Assembly (NCBI GenBank): GCA_963761305.1
Contig: CAVXGK010000001.1
Location: forward strand, 672,001 to 736,000
DNA: 64,000 nt
Reading direction: 5' to 3'
Source of the DNA: an uncultured Gemmatimonadaceae bacterium
GTDB taxonomy: Bacteria; Gemmatimonadota; Gemmatimonadetes; Gemmatimonadales; Gemmatimonadaceae
Position numbers and translations under genes: made by a program. Below the pieces are notes generated by a model that made no database searches, was not told the DNA's origin, and worked only from the letters and a program-made list of their open reading frames with translations. Shown here in pieces: positions 60,696 through 64,000 of the stretch; the stretch's first letter is position 1, and each line of letters opens with the position of its first letter.

Positions 60696-61653
60696 GCTCG
60701 CGGCGGCCCGCCATCGCGGCGAAGAAGATAGATCGGCGTGAGAGCGAGGTGCTTGACGAGGGATCCCCACCGAGGCCCTCGTGCCGCGGCGGCCGCGTAG
60801 TGGTCGAGCGCTTCGCGAACGCGCCCTTCGAGCGCGGCTTGGCGTCCCAGGCGGATCAGGCTTCGCGACAGCCGGGCGTTCAGCGCGTGTCGTTGCGACG
60901 GTGTGAGGGACACTCGTCGAGCAGTCGGAGCGCTTCATACATCGCTCCCGGAATCGCCTGCACATTGGAAGTCGCGTTCTTTCCGTGCCGCCGGACGTGG
61001 ACAAGCGGTTCGGCAATGAATGCCACGTCGGCCGCGCGGTACGCGGAGAACGAGTACGGAAGATCCTCGCACAATGAGAGGCGCACGTCGAAGCGCAGCG
61101 GCGCGACCAGACTCGTTCGAAAGCTGACCGCCGGGAGCCATGACGAGCATCTCCAAATCGATCAACGCCGAGAATGCATCGCCGGTGATCACCCTCCCGC
61201 CCGACGTGCCAGCCGGGCGCGTGCGAACGGTCGCCAGCTCGGGATAGAACGTGAACTGATCGTGCGGGAAGAAACGATTCTGATCGAACCGCACAAAATT
61301 GAAAAACAGGGCGCCGACGGTCGGCTCGCTTTCGAACAACGCGACCTCGGTCTTCACCTTGTCGGCGGCCCACCGATCGTCGGCGTCCAGGAAGCACAGC
61401 ACATCGCCGGTCACATGCTCGAGGGCGAGATTGCAGCGCGGGAAACGCCCCCATGGCCGGCGTCCAGGGTTCGCACGCGGCGGTCCTTGATGCGCCCAAG
61501 CCGCTGCGCCGTGTCGTCCGTCGATCCGTCGTCGACGACGAGGATCTCGTGGATGGGATGGCTCTGTTCGAGCGCGCTCCCGATCGCCTCCTCGATGAAA
61601 TGGCCCATGTTGTACGAGGCCATCACCACGCTCACCTTTGTCGACGTTGTCAT
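60692..61653 (-). pseudogene. Glycosyltransferase family 2 with about three apparent frameshifts
   Basis: VSVVMASYN, VVDDGSTD, FLDADD and CED motifs are split over four short ORFs. Confidence 0.75.
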
Positions 61654-61744
61654 CTACGACCGATGTCGTCCTGGCGACGCCAGATCAAAGAGTCCGTGAC
61701 CTGCTGGCCTTGAATGAACGACCGGTCTGTGCACGACGTAACGA

Positions 61745-63543
61745 TCACGGCGGGAGAGGCCGCCGACGCCGAGACGGAAGCCCCTTCCCGTTCGTCCAGC
61801 GATCCGACGTGTCCCGCTTTTCCAAGAGATCGTAGTACGTCCGCGCCGACTCGATGATGTACGAAACGTCACGGAGCCCGAACTGGTAGGCGAGCACGGC
61901 CACGAGCAGGTACGATCGGCGGAGCGCGTCGGCCGGAAAATCTGCGGAGCGAAGCATCGCCCAACCCTTGGCCACCAAATCCTTCTTCCGCTGTCGCCGA
62001 ATGTTACCGTGGAGTGCCGCGTCCCATTGATACGCGAGATTTGTGGGCATCGACAGTGGGCACGGCTCGTGGCCCGGATATGCTTGCCACGGCACCGATC
62101 GCGCCACCGGCGAGAAGGGGCTCGAAGACGCAACGCATGTAGAACGCATGCCGCAGGCCCGGATCCGCCGGGGCCCCCGCAACCACCGACAGGAAGTCCG
62201 AGTCGAAGAACAGCGAGCTGGAATTCGAGACGATGCTGATCGATCGACTCGAAGTGACCGGTCAGATGGCGTCGTTGATCGTTGAACATGAGGAACAGAT
62301 AGAGCGCCTTGGCGCGATCGCGGCAGCGGATCCGATCCAGTTCTTCGATCATGCCGTCGCGCACCATGTCGTCGGAGCGAGTCGCCAGTTACCGCGCGAG
62401 AAGTCGCTCCAGCGGTCGGATCCGTCCTTGGTCGAGGAAGGCCCGCACGCCGCGCATGGTCTCTCCGGCGCGAAGGAGCGACACCACGTCGTCGGTCATG
62501 TAGACGTGACCGAGGCCGACGCTTCCGCCGTCGCCCGACCAGACGAGTCGCGGATGTTCGAGCGCCGCCCCGGCCTGCGACGCGGAGCGGACCAGCGCGT
62601 CGGCCATCATTCGAGACCAATGCGGTGCGCCCGGAATCATGGGGATTTCCTCATGAGTCGTCTCGACGGCGTGGGCGTACTCCTTTCCCAAGACCTGATC
62701 GAGCGTGCCCTCCAGCGCGAAATTGAACGTTCGCACCTCGGCGCCCAGATCGCGAAGCACGGTGACGATGCTGCGCGAGTCGAGACCTCCACTGAGAAAG
62801 GCGGCGGTCGCCTTGTCCTGGCCTAGACGCATCCGAATCGCGTCGACGAAACGGTCATATGCATCCTGGACGATCGCCGGTTCTGGCCGCGGATCAGGTT
62901 CGATACTGTCCCACCGCCAATACTCGGATCGTTCGACCCGATCTCCGTTCACCGCGACGATCTCCGCCGGCCGCAACAGACGCACACCGAGGTACGCCGT
63001 GCGATCGGCGAGGGGAAAACCGAAAGTGGCCAGCTCGGTCATCCCTCGCGGATCGATCCGACGTGGAACGAAACCGGAGCCGAGGAGAACACGAAGACTG
63101 CTGGCAAACAGGACGTGTCGCTCGTCCATCCAGTAGTAGAGCGGTCGAACGGCAAGCTTGTCGGCAACGAGTCGAAGCTCGCTGGTGCCCGCGTCAAATT
63201 GGACTAGCAGAGACTCACCGCGGGCCTGGGTCAGCGTGTCGGTGCGCCGCGTGCGCCAGTCGGTGTGCAGCCGCGCCAAGTCCGCGACTCGATTACGGGC
63301 GCCGATGGCTGGGCTGAGCACCGGATCGCCGGCGAGAACCGACGCGGTGCCATCCGAATCGCGGATGAACGCGCGGCCCTTAAACGCACCGATATCGACT
63401 TTGACGATAAACGCTCGGCTGCTTGAAAGCGCTTCGATGTTGTCGTTCGGTGTGCACGAGATCAGACTCTTGAGCTTTCGCTGGACGAATTCCGGGAGCG
63501 AATCCGTTGGGTGTCGGCAGACAACGCCCGCAAATAGAGTCAT
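61745..63543 (-). pseudogene. Asparagine synthase-like amide ligase lacking the N-terminal Cys, with frameshifts in the 3' third
   Basis: DKLAVRPLYY, FLSGGLDSR (PP-loop), SGDGG; continues as NDQRRHL and WQAYPGHEPCP in other frames. Confidence 0.7.
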
Positions 63544-63566
63544 GGCGGCCCTTAGCTGAGAGGTGA

Positions 63567-63595
63567 CTAGGGGCGAGCGGAACCGCTCACCCTAG
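63567..63595. other. Intergenic GC-rich hairpin
   Basis: CTAGGGGCGAGCGG-AA-CCGCTCACCCTAG, imperfect stem without a clear U-tract. Confidence 0.4.
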
Positions 63596-63605
63596 CCTCT
63601 CAAAG

Positions 63606-63998
63606 CTACTTCGGACGCCACCAAATGAAGTCGTCGATGTCGAGCGTGAAGGACGGGGTGGACGTCGTCAGCACGCTCCCAAACCCCAGCATGTCGATCC
63701 CCTCCGACGCCAATGCATCGACGTCATTCCAGTTACACCAGGTCTTGAATCCACCGGGCGGCGTGATCCCCACGGCCGCCGCGCTCACGTCGATGATCTT
63801 CGTCCCATCCACCCACATCCGCGCGATGCCGTCGCGCGAGCCCGGCGAGGTGTTCGGCCGGTATTGATATGTATACCGGTGCCATTGGCCGTCGAACTTG
63901 TCGCCCGGATACAGGCCCGCGCCGATGGGCTGATTGCCCTGACAGCTGGTGAGCACACTCTTGTCGTAGACCTGCCAGTAGTTGTTGGTATGCGCCCA
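63606..63998 (-). CDS. C-terminal part of a hypothetical protein, concanavalin A / polysaccharide-lyase-like beta-sandwich; 5' end outside the window
   Basis: Frame open to the edge; DGQWHRYT...DGIARMWVDG...IDDFIWW pattern. Confidence 0.6.
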   Translation of the reverse strand, partial: WAHTNNYWQVYDKSVLTSCQGNQPIGAGLYPGDKFDGQWHRYTYQYRPNTSPGSRDGIARMWVDGTKIIDVSAAAVGITPPGGFKTWCNWNDVDALASEGIDMLGFGSVLTTSTPSFTLDIDDFIWWRPK

Positions 63999-64000
63999 TC

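Noticed and set aside
59520..61499. 659-aa ORF as a single gene
   Set aside because: It is a chimera of out-of-frame GT2 sequence and parts of a frameshifted GT4.
61745..63543. Lasso peptide cluster (AsnB-like cyclase)
   Set aside because: No precursor peptide, PqqD/RRE or transglutaminase-like B protein was seen nearby; the context is glycosyltransferases.

Overview
This is a high-GC bacterial window, probably Gemmatimonadota (inferred from the SusC/RagA-like receptor, the Ig+RCC1 lipoprotein and the general gene content; not proven). Bases 1-16 kb hold housekeeping and scavenging genes: an NAD-dependent epimerase, a serine hydrolase, a domain-permuted multicopper oxidase, a DinB protein, a cyanophycinase fusion, DUF1611, SCO, DUF969/979/2891, TraB and glnS. 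Bases 16-25.6 kb hold a histidine kinase, a sigma-54 activator, a degenerate REC-GGDEF protein, a SusC-like receptor with no SusD, and an Ig/RCC1 lipoprotein. From about 26 kb to the window end is a large Wzy-type exopolysaccharide/capsule locus (Wza-like, Wzc, priming transferase, Wzb, Wzy/ligase, WecB, many glycosyltransferases, two deacetylases). The most striking feature sits inside it: a minus-strand block with two paralogous single-module NRPSs (C-A-T-TE). One has an exact Thr code, the other a Gly-like code, and both have cysteine-nucleophile thioesterases. They lie with a PPTase, AsnB-type amidotransferases, CapA and a PaaK/CapK-like ligase. I infer an NRPS-driven aminoacyl/peptidyl decoration system for a surface polysaccharide. 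Four genes in the right-hand part carry multiple frameshifts, more likely sequence error than decay. No rRNA, tRNA, CRISPR array or mobile element was recognised.
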